A stretch of 62,510 bases of DNA, filler included, from Hausera hauseri (lineage: Eukaryota): assembly GCA_046269625.1 (NCBI GenBank). It is 11 parts of 11 records of this genome, joined end to end, with 100 filler letters (N's around TTAATTAATTAA, not from the genome) between each part and the next. Parts side by side here need not be neighbours in the genome. Positions count along the whole stretch, not along the records: positions 30,652 to 35,964 come from JBJURY010282173.1; positions 36,065 to 40,211 come from JBJURY010735099.1; positions 40,312 to 45,431 come from JBJURY010329826.1; 8 more parts are not named here. The stretch is one strand, 5' to 3'. Under the pieces are notes generated by a model. That model saw nothing but the letters and a program-made list of their open reading frames with translations, was not told the DNA's origin and ran no database searches. The translations under genes were made by a program, and so were the position numbers. Position 1 is the stretch's first letter, and each line of letters begins with the position of its first letter. Below, in pieces: positions 30,652 to 44,589 of this stretch.

Positions 30652-33600
30652 GGAAATGTTTCCTATATCGTATACTAACTCCTTCAAGTTTAGGAAAGCT
30701 CCGTAGGTTCTGTGTGAGATTACTGGAGATCCATTCGTGTTCCCATTTTAATCCAGAATTTGTCTCTTAGGTACTGGGATCGCTGACTAACGGTCAACAG
30801 CCGGCTTATTTTTATATTCACTCCAGTCATGGCCTCTACCACTAACTTAAATCGGCCTTCCAAGTTTGGTGGTAGATGACCCTTTTTCGCTATGACCTTG
30901 ATTTCCATTTGTCCCATTACAGTTGGGTGGGTCTCTATCTCTCTCACTCCGACTATATGAGTTACTGATAGGTTTAATTTCTTTATCATTCTTTGTACTT
31001 GATACCCCACTAAGACGTATCTGTACAGCCATTGTGCTACTTCCTCTTGCACTAATTTGGAATCCTTCCGCGGATAATTGTTCTCTTTTAATTTTAGTCA
31101 CTTCAGCATAGGTTTCTTGTACCTTCTTTCTCGGGTTAATGATCTTTGAATAGATTTTGACCCCGTTCTCTTTTCGTATGGATATTTCAATTGGGATGTA
31201 GTTCCCTTCTTCTCCTTCTCCATAATTTATTGCGGAAATCCTGATATTCCTGTCATCGGTTACTAGTCTGAATGAATGTAGATGCGCGTCTTGTTCTTCT
31301 TCAGTGGGCCTTTGCCTAAATTCTAGGGCGGCAATGAGACGGGTGTTGTTTCCTCTTCAGTTTTCCCGACCATAATTTTTACAGGTAAGATTGCGATACG
31401 GAATTCCATCTCGCAATCGTGGAAATTCCTACTGTTAAATAAAAATGTGCTAACGGCTTCACGTCCATGCATCATAAAGAATGGCGTAAATCCTGTTGCT
31501 GGATGTGGTGTGGAATTAATTGCAAATTTAGTTCCTTCTAGAAATTCGTCCCAATTCTTTTGGTCCTTTGCCACTACTGTTGATAATATGCATATGACGG
31601 TAGCATTTATCCGTTCGACCATTCTGTTACTCTTAGGATGATATGCGGTGGTTGTTAATCGTTCGAATTTAAATATTTTGGAAATCTTCTCGAAAAGTTC
31701 ACTGGTAAAATTTCTTCCTCGATCTGTGAGTATCTGGTCTGGGGGCCCATATTGGCAAATAATTCTTTTTACTACGGCTTCTGCTAAAGTTTCGGCCTTT
31801 CGTTCGATTAATGCTATCAACTCGACAAAATGAGTTCGTCAATCGATACACGTCAAGATATACTTGTTGTTTTTGTGAGTTATATGGAGAGGTCCTACAA
31901 TATCCATCGACGTGGCTTGCATGAGCCTATCAGATACATCAATTGGTTTTAATTCGGCCATGTAATTTTTCGTCTTCTTTTGTTTAGTTGCACATACTTC
32001 ACGCGCATTTATCCAATTCTTCACATCAGTATAAATATTAGGCTACAAGTATTTATTCATTATTCTGTCTAATGTTTTCTTCCAAGACATGTATCCGGCT
32101 AAGTATGAATCGTGCTCTGACATCAGTACTTCGGTTCGTAACCCTTTTGGAATAACTATCAATTTTCTTCCTTTCCTTTGGTTATATAAAATATCTTCGT
32201 TACTCCCGTCATTTAAGACGCAGTATTTATGTCCGTGTCTGTGTAAATGTTTCTTTAGCTGTCGTCCCTTTGGTATGACATTCTTGCTAGCAAATTCTAT
32301 AATCTGCTGGATGACCTTATCCTTTCTTTGTTCTGTTGAAATTTTAATGGCCTTATCCATCGTTAAAGCGCGTTGGCGGTCTATTATCTCTTTGAGTTGA
32401 CTTTTCTTCATTACAGTGATTGCGCTTGTTTTGGTCTTTAGTCTGGACAGTGCATCTGCGTCTACATGTTTATTCCCTGGCTTATATTGAAATTCAATAT
32501 TGTATTTCGATATTTCTTTGATCTATCTGTTGAGTCTGCATGTCGGGTTATTTGCTCGGCCCTTCAAGGCTGTAACGGCCTTATGATCAGCGACAATTAT
32601 AATTTTCTGCCCGTATACATAAAAGTTAGTGTCGAAGTGCTTCTTTTACGGCTAGGGTTTCCAACTCAGTGACAGAATAATTTTTCTTTGCCTTTTTCAA
32701 GGAACGTCCTCCATAAGCAGTTGAGTGTTCTAATTCTTTATCTTCTCTTTTCTGTGCTAATTTATATCCAATGCCCTCTTTACTGGCGTCTGTCTTAATT
32801 ATAAAGGGTAAGTTAAAATCTGGGTATCGTAAAACAGGTTCACTTGTTAAGATTTTCTTCATTTCATCGAAAGCTTTCTGTTCGACGTCTGTCCATTTTC
32901 ATTTGATTCCTTTTTTAAGCAGACGATATAGGGGTGTATTTATTTTTGAATTATCTGGCACATAAGTTGCGTAATAACCGCAGAATCCTAGCCAGTGCCT
33001 TAACTCTTTCTGGTTTTGCGGTTCCATGAAATCTGATACTTTGTTCAATAACGATTTATCTGGTTTTGATCCTCCTTCTCCGACCATGTGGCCAAGGTAG
33101 GATACGGCATTTTGGGCCCATTTGCATGTCTTCGGATTTAACTTCAATCCGGCTTGTTCCATTCTCATCAGCGTATGTTCAATATTCTTTAAGTGTTCCT
33201 CTTCGGTCTTTGTCGCTATCATTACATCGTCTAAGTACGCAAAGCGTGATACAGTCCCATTGACATTTTGTTCATCATCCTCGTAAATATGGCTGGCCCG
33301 GTAGTGATTCCGAACGGCATGACGTTGAACTCATAAACACCGTCGTGTGTTTTAAATGTTTTCTTATAGCGGTTTTCGTCTTCAATCTCTACTTGCCAAT
33401 ATCCGGATTGTAAATCCAGAGTAGTAAACCATTTTGCTCCTGAGAGTCTGTCTAGGGTCTCCTTGACTGACGGTAATGGGAAGGAATCTTTCATCATAAG
33501 GTTATTTAAGGCTCTGTAGTTAATACAAAATCGAGGTTTTGTGGTACCTTTCTTAACCATGAGGATCGGTGAATACCAAGATCTGTAGCTGGGCCTGATT

Positions 33601-35964
33601 ATATCGGCTTTAAGCATTCGTTCCACTTCCTTTGTTATGTCGGGCCTTAGCGAATGTGGCGGAGGGTACCATTTCGGCATCTTCTGATCCTCAAGATCTA
33701 TTTCTTTATTCGAACCAGTCTTTTTTTAGCAGAATGGCCAGTTTTAATGTTTTCGCTTTACCAATATCTTCGTCTTTAGCAATAATTGATTTATATCGGC
33801 ATAATAATTCATAGAATCGACAATAAGACTCAGGTGGGAATTTAGTTTCAAGATGAGGTGGAAATTTGGCATACTTGTAAGGCTTTTCTTCAACAGTTAT
33901 TGACGATACTCTATACGTATCGCCTAGAGTAATATAAGCATGAAGTTTGACTGGAGTCTGGACATTATTAGCGATTCTGACCGGAACTCGACCGGAGTGC
34001 ACTCTCGTTAATATATTGCTGAGCATTATATTTGGATCTAACGTATTCTTTGGTTCAAAATATACCCGTTGATCGTCGTCTTGCTGTATTTGAGCGTAAA
34101 TTATCATTTCTGTTCTCGTTGGAATATCTTCGTCTACAGGTATCCATACCTCTCCAAATTTTCTATCCTTAGCGTTTTTCACGCCTTTATTTGGTCTGAT
34201 TTCTATCAATTTTTCTGTTTGCAAGTCAATTTGCAAGTCAGTTTGCAATCTTTTCAGTAAATTACATGCGAGAACTACGTCGTCGGTTAATTGCTCCAAA
34301 ACTGCAAATTCGTGACGGAAAAATTGTCCAGCTATTTGAACTTCTGGGTTCCATTTAAACATCGGTTTTGACATTTGACCAAAAGCTCCCATACTTCCTG
34401 TATCTTTTGCGGATGGAAGGTATAATTGTTCTCTCAGCGTTTGAGGTATTGAATTATTTTTAATGTAAGACATTTCCGATCCAGTATCGATTAAGTCATA
34501 AACTTCCCAATCTTCGATAGTGATTTTGGCGAAAGGTCTTCCTTCTATCACTGTCCCGAAACAGTTTGTTGCTACTTTTGGACGTTTAATTGCAGATATT
34601 TTATGTCCATTGACTTGACTTTCGGGGAGGATACTATATTTTCCGACAATTGTCTTAATTCTTCTTTTGGATATAACTCGTTGTTTTCTACGTGCAATTC
34701 TGCCGTTTCGTGTACTAACCAATGGTTCTCGATTGTTCTTGTGTAGTTCGGTATTCTGGAAGGTTTTTAACCTAGGATTGTCCCAAACCGTTGATCTAGT
34801 TTCTATATTTCGAGATTCTCTCGGAGAATACAACATCTTGGGAGCATCTGCGGATTGTCGGTAACACATCTTTTGTCGGATTCCGTAACGTTTTGTTTCT
34901 TCATAAGGGTCTTCTACGTTAATTGTTCTTTTATAGATTTCCGTCTGATATGAGCTCATTGATCGTTTGTCGCAGTCTTTATAAGTTGGAGCGGTAGGAG
35001 GTAACATAGGTAGTGTTGTTTTAATAACAGAATACGCTTTATATCTATTTATTCCCGAAAGTACTTCTCCTCCCTTAGTCTCGTTATCGTTTGAATCGTT
35101 TTTTCTTGTATTATGCTTTATAAATTTCCGCTTTTGCAAAAATATAGGTCTTTTTCTTCGTTTACGATTGTGATATCCGACGTGACGTTCTACGTCTGAT
35201 TTCATCTGTTTTCTTTGTATGTCTAAGAATTTTCCAAAAGGTGTTATGATCGCAGTTAAAATTTTGCAAGAAAATCCAGTTAACGTAAATATTTCGTACC
35301 CATTTATTACTGCTTGGATGACTGCATTAATCATTTATATTAGAAAATATATCGCTAAGAATCCGGATGCGGCTTGACCGAAAATTAAGAATCTTCCCTA
35401 AATTTTGTGGAGTATCTCTGTGGTTACTCGCTGGTAATGGTTTACGCCAAGTAAAGATTCCCATTTAGTTTGGTATTGTGTATCATCTACTACAGTAGCC
35501 ATAGCTCGATTTAACTGGTGTGTTCGTTGTTGTGGAAAGGCAAGGAATTGTCTGAAAGCCTCAATTTCCTTCGGTCTGTATATACCTTTCGATGAGGTGT
35601 CTTGAAATTTATCGTCTGTAATTTCTTTTGCGAGTTGTTCCTGTCAATTTATTTGGAGCGGCAATAATACCTCCATTTGGCAAGCTGACCCAGTCTGTCT
35701 CACTACGTCTAAACATAGGTTCTCCTAAGTTTGTCTTACAATTTTTAAGGATGGTCTGTTGGGTAGCGTTATCCAATAATACTCTCGTCAGCGGTGTAGC
35801 TAATCTCGGAATATTTTGGTAAATAACAGGAAGTTCCTGAATGCAACGTTTTTTTCCACGTTGATGGGTGCATCTCTCTTTTCACATTCATAGGTTAGCA
35901 ATACTTTGCCTGTCACCCGACCGAAAATTCCTTCTCTCATGGGAATTATTGGTGAAGCCAATTC
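30652..35964 (-). mobile_element. 3' half of a related element: glycoprotein C-terminus/TM - PR - RT - RNase H - integrase - further coding sequence
   Basis: CIQELPV..PLTRVLL and FLIFGQAASGFLAIYFLI (~35340-35400); LIDTGSE; LDLQSGYWQV; AYLDDVM (~33220-33240); TDASKEGIG; ILTDRGRNF..VERIN. Confidence 0.92.
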
Positions 35965-36064
35965 NNNNNNNNNNNNNNNNNNNNNNNNNNNNNNNNNNNN
36001 NNNNNNNNTTAATTAATTAANNNNNNNNNNNNNNNNNNNNNNNNNNNNNNNNNNNNNNNNNNNN

Positions 36065-37437
36065 AGTAACCAAGAACGAGTCAACAGGGCGAAGGAAGCT
36101 CTTCAGGTGAGTGACAACAAAGAGCTACTCAACATTATACAAAAATACCCAGAGGTATTCATAACCGACAAGTAGGACATAGGGTGTACATCTCTTATCA
36201 AACACCGAATAGGCACGACAGGAGCGCCGATTAATATCAATCTTCACAGGCAACCAATAAACCTAGAGAAAAAGATTGATGAGACCATCCGAAACCTATG
36301 GGGAAACGACACTATCAAGCCATATAACTCAGCATGGAATACACAAATGATATTCGCATGGAAGAAAGACTAGAACAATGTCAGAATATGCCTGTACTTC
36401 AGACAGCTGAATCTTATAGCGGAACGGCAGACCTTCCTCATGCCTAACGTGGTAGAGATATTGGACAGGTTATACGGGACCAAGTTTTTCACGTCAATCA
36501 ACCTAGGCAATGCATAATACCAAGTGCAATTATAGGAAGACTCCAAATTGAATACGGCGTTTTCAACCAAATTAAGACAATTCTGTTTCAACAGGATGAT
36601 ATTCGGTATAGCAACAGCTCCGGGAACCTTCCAAGAACTAATGTATAAAGTACTAGGGGTCATTGAACAAACAGTGGTATACCTAGATGATATACTAATC
36701 TTCTCTAAGACACTAGAGCAGCATTATAGGATACTAGAAAAGGTATTGCAGCGGATGAAGGAAGAAGATCTCAGAGTAAACCTACAGAAATGTCACATCC
36801 TCAAGAAAGAAGTAAAATTTTTAGGGTATATAGTGAATGATAAGGGGATACAAACAGACCCATCAAAATTGAAAGCAACTAAGTCCTTTGAGAAACAAAA
36901 TGTGTCAAGAATTTGAGAAGCATCTTAGGGATCTGCAACTATTACAGAAGATTTATCCAAGGTTACGCAGCAAAGGCCAAGACATTGGAACAACTATGCG
37001 GATTGAATAACAAGAAACTAATATGGACCGAGCAATGTAACGAGGCTTTCGAATCAATGAAAAGAGCCTTAGCCACACCGCCAATACTAGGCTTCCCGGA
37101 TTTCAACAGAGAATTTATCCGCGATACAGACGCAAGCTTCGACACGATTGGAGCGGCATTATCACACAAGGATAGCTTGGGGCGCGAGAAAGTGATTGCA
37201 TACGGATCACACGCAATGAACAACTATGAAAAAGGATATTGTATAACTCGGAAGGAACTACTGGCCATGTATTATTTCTGTCAACATGTCAACCATTACC
37301 TATACGGGAAACGGTTTACATTGAGAACGGACCACAAGGCAATAACGTTCATGGTAAAGACGAAAAAACCGATAACCGACCAATTTCAGAAATGGATCAA
37401 CTATCTATCCAGTCTAGACATCAACCTGGAGTACAGC
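36065..37437 (+). pseudogene. pol: Gypsy pol fragment (RT - RNase H)
   Basis: FNRMIFGIATAPGTFQ, VYLDDILI, TDASFDTIGA, RKELLA, LRTDHKA. Confidence 0.92.
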
Positions 37438-39562
37438 TAGGAAGAAGTTTTGTGACAAAATGTGCAAGACATGCTTTCTGAAATTCAGCTTCTTTGTTTT
37501 GTGCAATACGACGAAGATCGTCAGCAAATGGTTCTTTCTGCATGACATTATCGATTTCCTCCTTGATGTATTCATTGGTATTATCCCTGAACAAGGGTAG
37601 TACAACAAGATATTCACTGATATACCACAAATGTACCCTCATCTTTCGGTCAGCAACTGCTGAAGTTTTCTTGTCAGTATATTGTTCAATCAGTCGCAGC
37701 ATCATCAAGTTATTCATCGGGGCATCTGATGTTATGGGGGTTGCTAACCAGAAGCTTGTATCAATTGTTGTAACAAATAAACAGATCCTTCGCAGTGAAC
37801 TGTTCTCATATTTGCTCATGTTGAGCTGGTGTCAAAAGCCAAAGATCTTAATGCAGTAAATTGCCTTTACCATCCATCTTGCACGATGGCATACGCCTGG
37901 AGCACAAAACCCTGACCTAACATCCTCATTTTTTCCTAGAAGTCGAAGGGCAAGCCTTGCCAATTCACGGTAATCTTCTCCGGTTAATACTTTCAGGTGT
38001 TGCCGCAAGTTGTGGACCACAGAATCTCGTTGAGTTTAAACCCGTTTTCTCAGCAATGGTGAGGCATCCTTCGCCAACCTCATCTCTGTCAAGTGGATCA
38101 AACTTTGACTTGTCAATTAACTCCCACTGAGATTTCAGCCGACTGAGGATCTGTATATCAGGTCCCTTTGAAACAAAAAAGCATCGGAAACAGCAGCTGC
38201 ACAAATTTCTAGCATGTGATGTCTGCAAGCCAGAAACAGCAGCCACCGACTGAATTCTTCCTGAACAATATTTATGATCCCTGTGTAGATTCCAGTGTTG
38301 CTGGATGTTGTGTCAAAACAAAGACCAGCTAAGTTTTCCTTGATGCCATGCAATTCGTGTAGAAACTACAATTTTCTGACCCATCAACGCACCAGTTCCA
38401 GCTGACAGCCCAGTAGTTTTTCATTGTGTTGACCAGGAACGATTATGGGCAAACAGTCACGTTTAGCACAATTTAAATCTGGCAGAGGGTTGCCATCAAA
38501 ATGTGCAATAAGTGGAACCCTTGGCTGGAAATTTTGTCGACCTAAGGCTGAAAATTCTTCACGTGATGTTTCCCGTGTTTCCATGAGTGAAGTTCGTGAT
38601 AATGCCAACTGGATCACATGAACGCCTGCAGCAACCAGAGCTGGCGTTGCAATCATCATTGCCTGATGAGTGGATGTCCTGGTACTGTCAAGTGCTGCAT
38701 TGAAAAGGGGATTGTCAATTATACAACGTTTAGGTAGATGTTTCACTGAGTCTATGCTTGTAGATGGTGATGGTGACAACTGACGTTTACTTAATTGCGA
38801 TGTGCATGGAAAGAAGAGTTTTTAAAGTGGATACTGTGTTGTATTATCTGAAGAATCAGAATCGTCCGAAGTTAGATCTCTGAACGTGGCAGTATTAGTT
38901 GCTGCATCTTCTGAAATCCACTGTTCTGTATCCTGTCGATGACGCCTTTGACCAGCCTCCTTTCTTCTTTGATACATGGTAATGTTATTTAATCTCCGTA
39001 GTCATAACCATCTGTCATGGGTTACGCTGGTCAATCAAGAAAAGCCTGTCTTCAGGAATTTTTGTTAAACGTTCCCAGTCAGCGTGTGCGATGTCAAACA
39101 GCTGCTTCATGGATGCCGTAAATTCATCTACTGAACGGAACTGACTGACAGACTTTCTTTTTTGTGTTTGGAAACACAAACATGTTCCTGATGAATGAAC
39201 TTCAGTTTGGCGACAACGTGAGGTTTAGCCGTTGTTGCAATATTGGCCTTTGTTAGCCACATCCACATTATCTCATTAGAAACTAAATTGCAGGCTGCTA
39301 ACAATGTTGTCTTGTTACTCTTCATCTCATGGAGTACACGAGGCAGTGCAACACCATTTGTTAGTAAGTGGTTTTGTTCTTCAATGTCTAGTATTGGGTG
39401 TCTAACCAACCAGATCAGGGGGTTCAACGTGTGACAAGTCTGGCAGGTACGGACGGTCCTGTTGGGCGGTCATCAGACCCACTTGATTTCGACATGGTAG
39501 AAGACAATGGAGTTGACGTTGGTGAGGAATCTGAAGTAGTATTTACCGCCATTTGAGACACC
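37438..39562 (-). pseudogene. DDE DNA transposase pseudogene, hAT-related (hATm-like), 3' truncated
   Basis: HFDG, CFDTTSSNTG, LACRHHMLE (CxxH), DYRELA, PG..HRARWM.KAIY, HLWY.SE; the subfamily name is from memory. Confidence 0.7.
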
Positions 39563-40311
39563 TAAAATAAAAGAGAAGTATCATTACGTGCAGTGAATAT
39601 GGAACAGTTTCATTTGAAGTAAGACGTTAAATTAGTAGTCACGTGGTAATGATTAATGCATATTAGTACTGTGGCTTCCATAGAAAACGTATGCAGTTTT
39701 AGGATCAACTGAATGACATATTTACATCAATACAATAGAAGACAAAACTGTGGATTTTGTACGAATACTATAATTAAATTACGTACGGAAAATAACGTAA
39801 TCGTAGGTAAGTTAACGCCAAAATAAAATTACATATTTGTACAACAATGCATCTACAATATTTGATATCGAATTATTAACAGAATAGTGATCAAGAAAAT
39901 GCAGAATACTAAGTTTTCAAATTGAAGTTTACCGAATAAAGTGTCCAAATTTTCTTAGAGTTCTTCAATCGAGTAATTATTGAGATTTATAAATTTTCAT
40001 TTGCGACCTGATTTGTTGAATATTAAAACATTACATTTAATGTGGGCAAATGTGTACCACAAGTACTAGTAGTATGTTATCAGCATTCAGACAATGGGAC
40101 CTCTGTGGGACCACTTCTCATTACTCATTATTCAAGAAATTCCTCCTGAACACTACATCAAACCTCATAAATTGAGAGGGTGTGCAATATTCAAATAGAA
40201 AAATTTTTTCCNNNNNNNNNNNNNNNNNNNNNNNNNNNNNNNNNNNNNNNNNNNNTTAATTAATTAANNNNNNNNNNNNNNNNNNNNNNNNNNNNNNNNN
40301 NNNNNNNNNNN

Positions 40312-40493
40312 CGATCGGATCGAATACATTGACGACAGTCGGATGTACGTACAGCGCAATCCAATGTTTGCCCGGTAACGACAAACTGTGTGGATTGACG
40401 ATGAAACATCCGCCACCATTTTGTCGTAAGTCATGCGGCACACAGTCCAGCGGAAACACTGCGGAATTTCACACCACAGAGCAGTTTTCCATA
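40312..40493 (-). pseudogene. Polinton/adintovirus maturation cysteine protease (adenain-like), N-terminal part
   Basis: VFPLD..FIVN....PGKHWIALY....VFDP, directly downstream of the capsid gene. Confidence 0.8.
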
Positions 40494-40599
40494 GTGACTG
40501 AGTTCAGTTAAGCTAAACGTAAAACGTGATGCAATTATAAAAGTAATAATGGTAATAAATTACTTCATGGCTCAAACAGGAGGAAGAAGAAGGTTTTAT

Positions 40600-41780
40600 T
40601 TATAAAATGACCGTTCCGTTTTTCGTTATTTCAACCTCGGCATTAAATACATCGTAAATATACATCACAGTAGACTGCTCCAATGCTTTAGCAAAATAAA
40701 CCTCCAGTCGCAGGATTTCTTGCTGAGGTGGTTGAATCTGTACAGCGTTATAATTTGGAGCCAGGACAAAAGTGAAGAATGGATATGTGGACTTGAACAA
40801 ATCCATCGATATGCCATCGTCGACATTTTTGTTTATCAAACCCATGTTGCGCATGATAGATTGCATATATGTGCAAACATAATCGCCGGTCTCGAAATAC
40901 TGCTTGTATGTGTCAACGAAATCCGCATTCTTAACCAAACTAATGTATTTCATATTGGTATGGGTAAACGTTTCGGAATCTGAAGTATAACTACCCGTTT
41001 GTTTAACAGTCGTTTGAAATGTATCGAGTAAAAATTTCGGCAATCGCATGTCGCCAATCAGTATGTCCTTGTAAAACGTTGTTGAACCTTTGGGTATGGT
41101 GTAAAAGACCAGTTCTCTGCGTTGTAATGGGTAACAGGCATTTTGTGTTTCCAAGTCCAATCGATGTCCCATGAGCACATATGGTTTTACCTTTACACGA
41201 CGTACGTATAATCGTGCCTCGATAATTTTCAGTATAAATTTGAGATTTGCAACTGCGGTTTTCGAACAAAAGACACTGTCGCTGCGTGTGAGCCGAATCA
41301 CGGCTTTTACTTTGTGCAGCAGGTATTTTGGCTGATCGAAAAAGTCAAAGTACAGCTGTCCACACATGGTAAGCGCTTTTGATTCTGCCACCCATGCCTG
41401 AGAGTTTGCTGCAGTTGCGTCATATCCGATGGTTTTCTTCAAATGAGTCGTTTTCGTGCCTGCACTGTAATCCAGAGCCGTTTCAATGAGTGCTTTAATA
41501 CTGTATGGACTGGTGTTGCCTTCAATTTTGACACTGTTTAGAGTCAGTGAAGCCTACTGGAACAGTGTGAGGAAAAGTAATTGGCCGGTGTGACAGTGTT
41601 TGTTGCAGCGAGAACCGTTGATGCATCCTTTGTAACAATGATTTTTACATAGAGTAGCGGTTGAAACCTAATCAACGGAGTAGATTTCTTCAAATGCCGC
41701 ATTGTCAATAACAATTTGTGGTGCGCTATTGTCAAATTGCACTATTCAGATTTTGCAGATGCAATTTGTCTGCCTGTCTG
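40600..41780 (-). pseudogene. Polinton double-jelly-roll major capsid protein (frameshifted 5' part)
   Basis: KSE.. N-terminus, GQLYFDFFDQPKYLL..V.IRLTRS, LKIIEARLYVRRVKV, LRLEVYFAKAL...IY. Confidence 0.85.
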
Positions 41781-42131
41781 TCAATCGAAAATCGTACGAC
41801 GACGACGTTTGTTTATAGTTGAAATGCTAGCTGATGTACCATCACGTTTTCTCAAGCCACAACCAGCGAATTGATTTTTAACCGATTCAACGACTCCCGA
41901 TGCAGTGCTTTTTATTTCTGTGTTCCTCAGTGATGGTAAAATCGATTTGTTTTCATATAGTACGTCCTGTGCTGTTTTTGTTGCCACGGCTCCAATATGT
42001 TTCAACACCGAAAATGCTAAGCTTGCCGATGTGCACAACCATCCGGAGGCATACTGTTTACCAACGAAATACGGCAGTTCACCGCTATGCTGAGATGTAC
42101 TGTAAATGGAAACGATTTCATAATCAATCAT
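41781..42131 (-). CDS. Polinton core/PZ-like protein
   Basis: G..PYFVG.QY.SGW motif and a basic C-terminus KRRRRTIFD, between the minor and major capsid genes. Confidence 0.65.
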   Translation of the reverse strand: MIDYEIVSIYSTSQHSGELPYFVGKQYASGWLCTSASLAFSVLKHIGAVATKTAQDVLYENKSILPSLRNTEIKSTASGVVESVKNQFAGCGLRKRDGTSASISTINKRRRRTIFD

Positions 42132-42990
42132 GGTTTCGACGGAAATGAAGAGTTAGGGAGATTGTGGTACCATACGCAAATTCAATAAGGTAGCCCGTGT
42201 CACACAGCATATTCACTTCGACATTGTTTATAGATGTAGATGCCACTGGCAGGCACACTGGATTATGAAGATTGACAATGACATTGTCGCCAGCAGCATA
42301 CTTTCTGCTTTCCAGATAACCTGCATGTAGTAGCAGTACACGTACTCCACCGACCAAAATCGATTCGGTAACGTTCGCGTAAATGCACATTTGACTTAGA
42401 CATTTGAGTTTAAGTGTTGCAACATGTGCTGTTTTCGTATTTGATGCCTCAAACCGCTGTTTTTTCTATTAGAAAATCGTGTGGTATAATATATAAGCGG
42501 AATACTGATTTTGACTTAGTCCACTTTACTTTAATATCGGATTCCGTATTGGATGAAAGGTACAATTTCTCACCAATTATAACATGTCCACCTAGACGTA
42601 GACGTTTTGAGTTTACATTGACTTATTGAAAACCCCATGCCTAGGCATCAGCTATAGATTTATAATGCATTTCATTGGGATTTCGATGCATTCGTTTCAT
42701 AAGGTGGTTTGAAAAATATGCATAGGCCGAGAAATGTTGTCGCGAATAATTGCGAAGAGTGCACCGGTTATTGCGTCGGATTGTCCTTAAGCGACTTGAA
42801 ATAGGCTTCGTTTCTTGGCGGGCAAAGTAAATACCACTGTTCTGGTGTATTGTCATTGGTGAAAATGTAAATGTGAATTCCGTAAAAGCCACATCCCAAG
42901 CTCCGTGGCGTAAATCGACCGCTTGGTCCAAGTGTATGGTAAACTGTTTAGCGGTATTGTCATTATCTTTATGTTGTTATAATGATCTGT
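42124..42990 (-). pseudogene. Polinton minor capsid (penton-like) protein, fragmented
   Basis: NTA..FTIHLDQAVDL..AWDVAFTEF and IYANVTES.LVG...LL...YLPV..I..IEV..DTG.LI.F..G...LTLHFR. Confidence 0.75.
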
Positions 42991-42995
42991 TACTA

Positions 42996-43235
42996 TCAAG
43001 TGCCAAGTAACTGCTGCTGCTGCTCATTGAATCTGTGATGCCAAAATCCAACTCGGTGCAGAGTATCCGTGCCACTTGACGAAATATTGTTTATTCGAAC
43101 CTTTGCCACGTGAAAGTAGAATTTCCTGAATACGATACACACCGGGTTTTTTCCAGTAGTAATGCATAATTCCTTTATTATGTACCGGGCATTATCATCT
43201 TGGAAAACTTCAATATCTAAAAATCCTGTCGCCAT
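42996..43235 (-). pseudogene. Small DEDD-exonuclease-like Polinton ORF
   Basis: FLDIEVF....YIIKELCI start motif. Confidence 0.45.
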
Positions 43236-43322
43236 TACTTATCATGCACATAATCATTTTTTGTTTATAAAAAATCAAAAAAACTAACTATTAATATTTA
43301 ATCATCATTACAATAATTAAAC

Positions 43323-43786
43323 TTAGGTGGTTTTGTCCATATCACCAAAGCCAAATTCTTTGCGTTCATTTAGTGTCGATTCATTGAAACATAACAATCT
43401 CCATTGTTCCGGTGACATTACACTGAATTCTGTCTCTTCACAGCGAAGAAAAACAATTTATACAATTGCATTGTCTTTCGAAAAGCATGCGTTTCCCCGA
43501 ATTGGTTTTCCAGCAACAACTTAATATCACCACGAAAGTCTGAATCAGTGACGCCGCCCACAACCGTCAGTCCGGGCTTTGCCAGTCCATTTTTCGATAA
43601 AAGTTGGCCGTAGTAACAGGGTGGAATCACCGATCAAATCACAGTTGTTATGCACTTGATTGTACTGTCCGGAATTGTCGTATTGACATTGGAAAACACA
43701 TCGTAGCCTGCACTGTTTGCTGTAACACGTCTCGGTACAAAGGTATTTTTGTCTGTTTGGATAATCTTTACATCATTTATTATCAT
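43323..43786 (-). pseudogene. dut: dUTPase (stop plus frameshift)
   Basis: SAGYDV, GQLLSKNGLA, GGVTDSDFRGDI and R.EFGFG correspond to trimeric dUTPase motifs. Confidence 0.88.
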
Positions 43787-44589
43787 TATTCTTATGCCAA
43801 TATTATAATTACACGTATATTTATACCCGTTAATTCGGTTGATAAAAGAAGAATAAGAAGAACGATAAAACAACAAAATTTATTGATAATTACAATGTGC
43901 TTCAGCTACACGCCAAATCGGGCTTTTGATATCGACTTTTCCTTGTATCCTTGCAAATCAATATTCAGTCGACACTTTAAATCATCACCATCGCGTACAT
44001 GAAACATTTCGCCACCGATAAAAGCAAACAATTTCGTTTTCCGAGCCGGTAAGACCACACATTGCTGTTGCACGGTCGTTTTGTTCAACTTTAAATCCGC
44101 GTTTAATTAATACAAAGCATCAAAAAGTTTATCCAAATTTTCACCCGAAAGCCGTTTTACACTATAGCTGTACTCGGGTACGCATAGAGACACGGGATCA
44201 TTTAATGAAATTAGTACGGGCGTTTGCAGAAGATGCATTTCATACGACGTTTGGCGTGTTGGCTGTTTTAATTTTCGTTTACGTATTCCAATCATTGCAT
44301 TTCGTATTTTTAACGTTGGTTTTGCTGTTGCTGCTGCTGATGATTTCTGAGCAAGCTCCTGTTTCGTTTCCAGATAATCACACGGTTTTTCTAATTGTTG
44401 GACAGGTTCCAGCAGTTTGACATTAGAGTTGTCCTTTTTGTAGCCAAACAGCCATGACCAATCTGAACTTTCATTACTTTCATAATCGTCATGGAGTAAA
44501 ATCGTTTTGTTGTCGTCGTCTCCCATGGTAGTAATGTTTGAATGAGCATAAGAATGGTATTTATAGTTTGCTGTTGTGCAATGTACATT

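Noticed and set aside
37421-37481. Gypsy RNase H fused to a DNA transposase
   Set aside because: They are on opposite strands and both are truncated at the junction; this is simple nesting or deletion.
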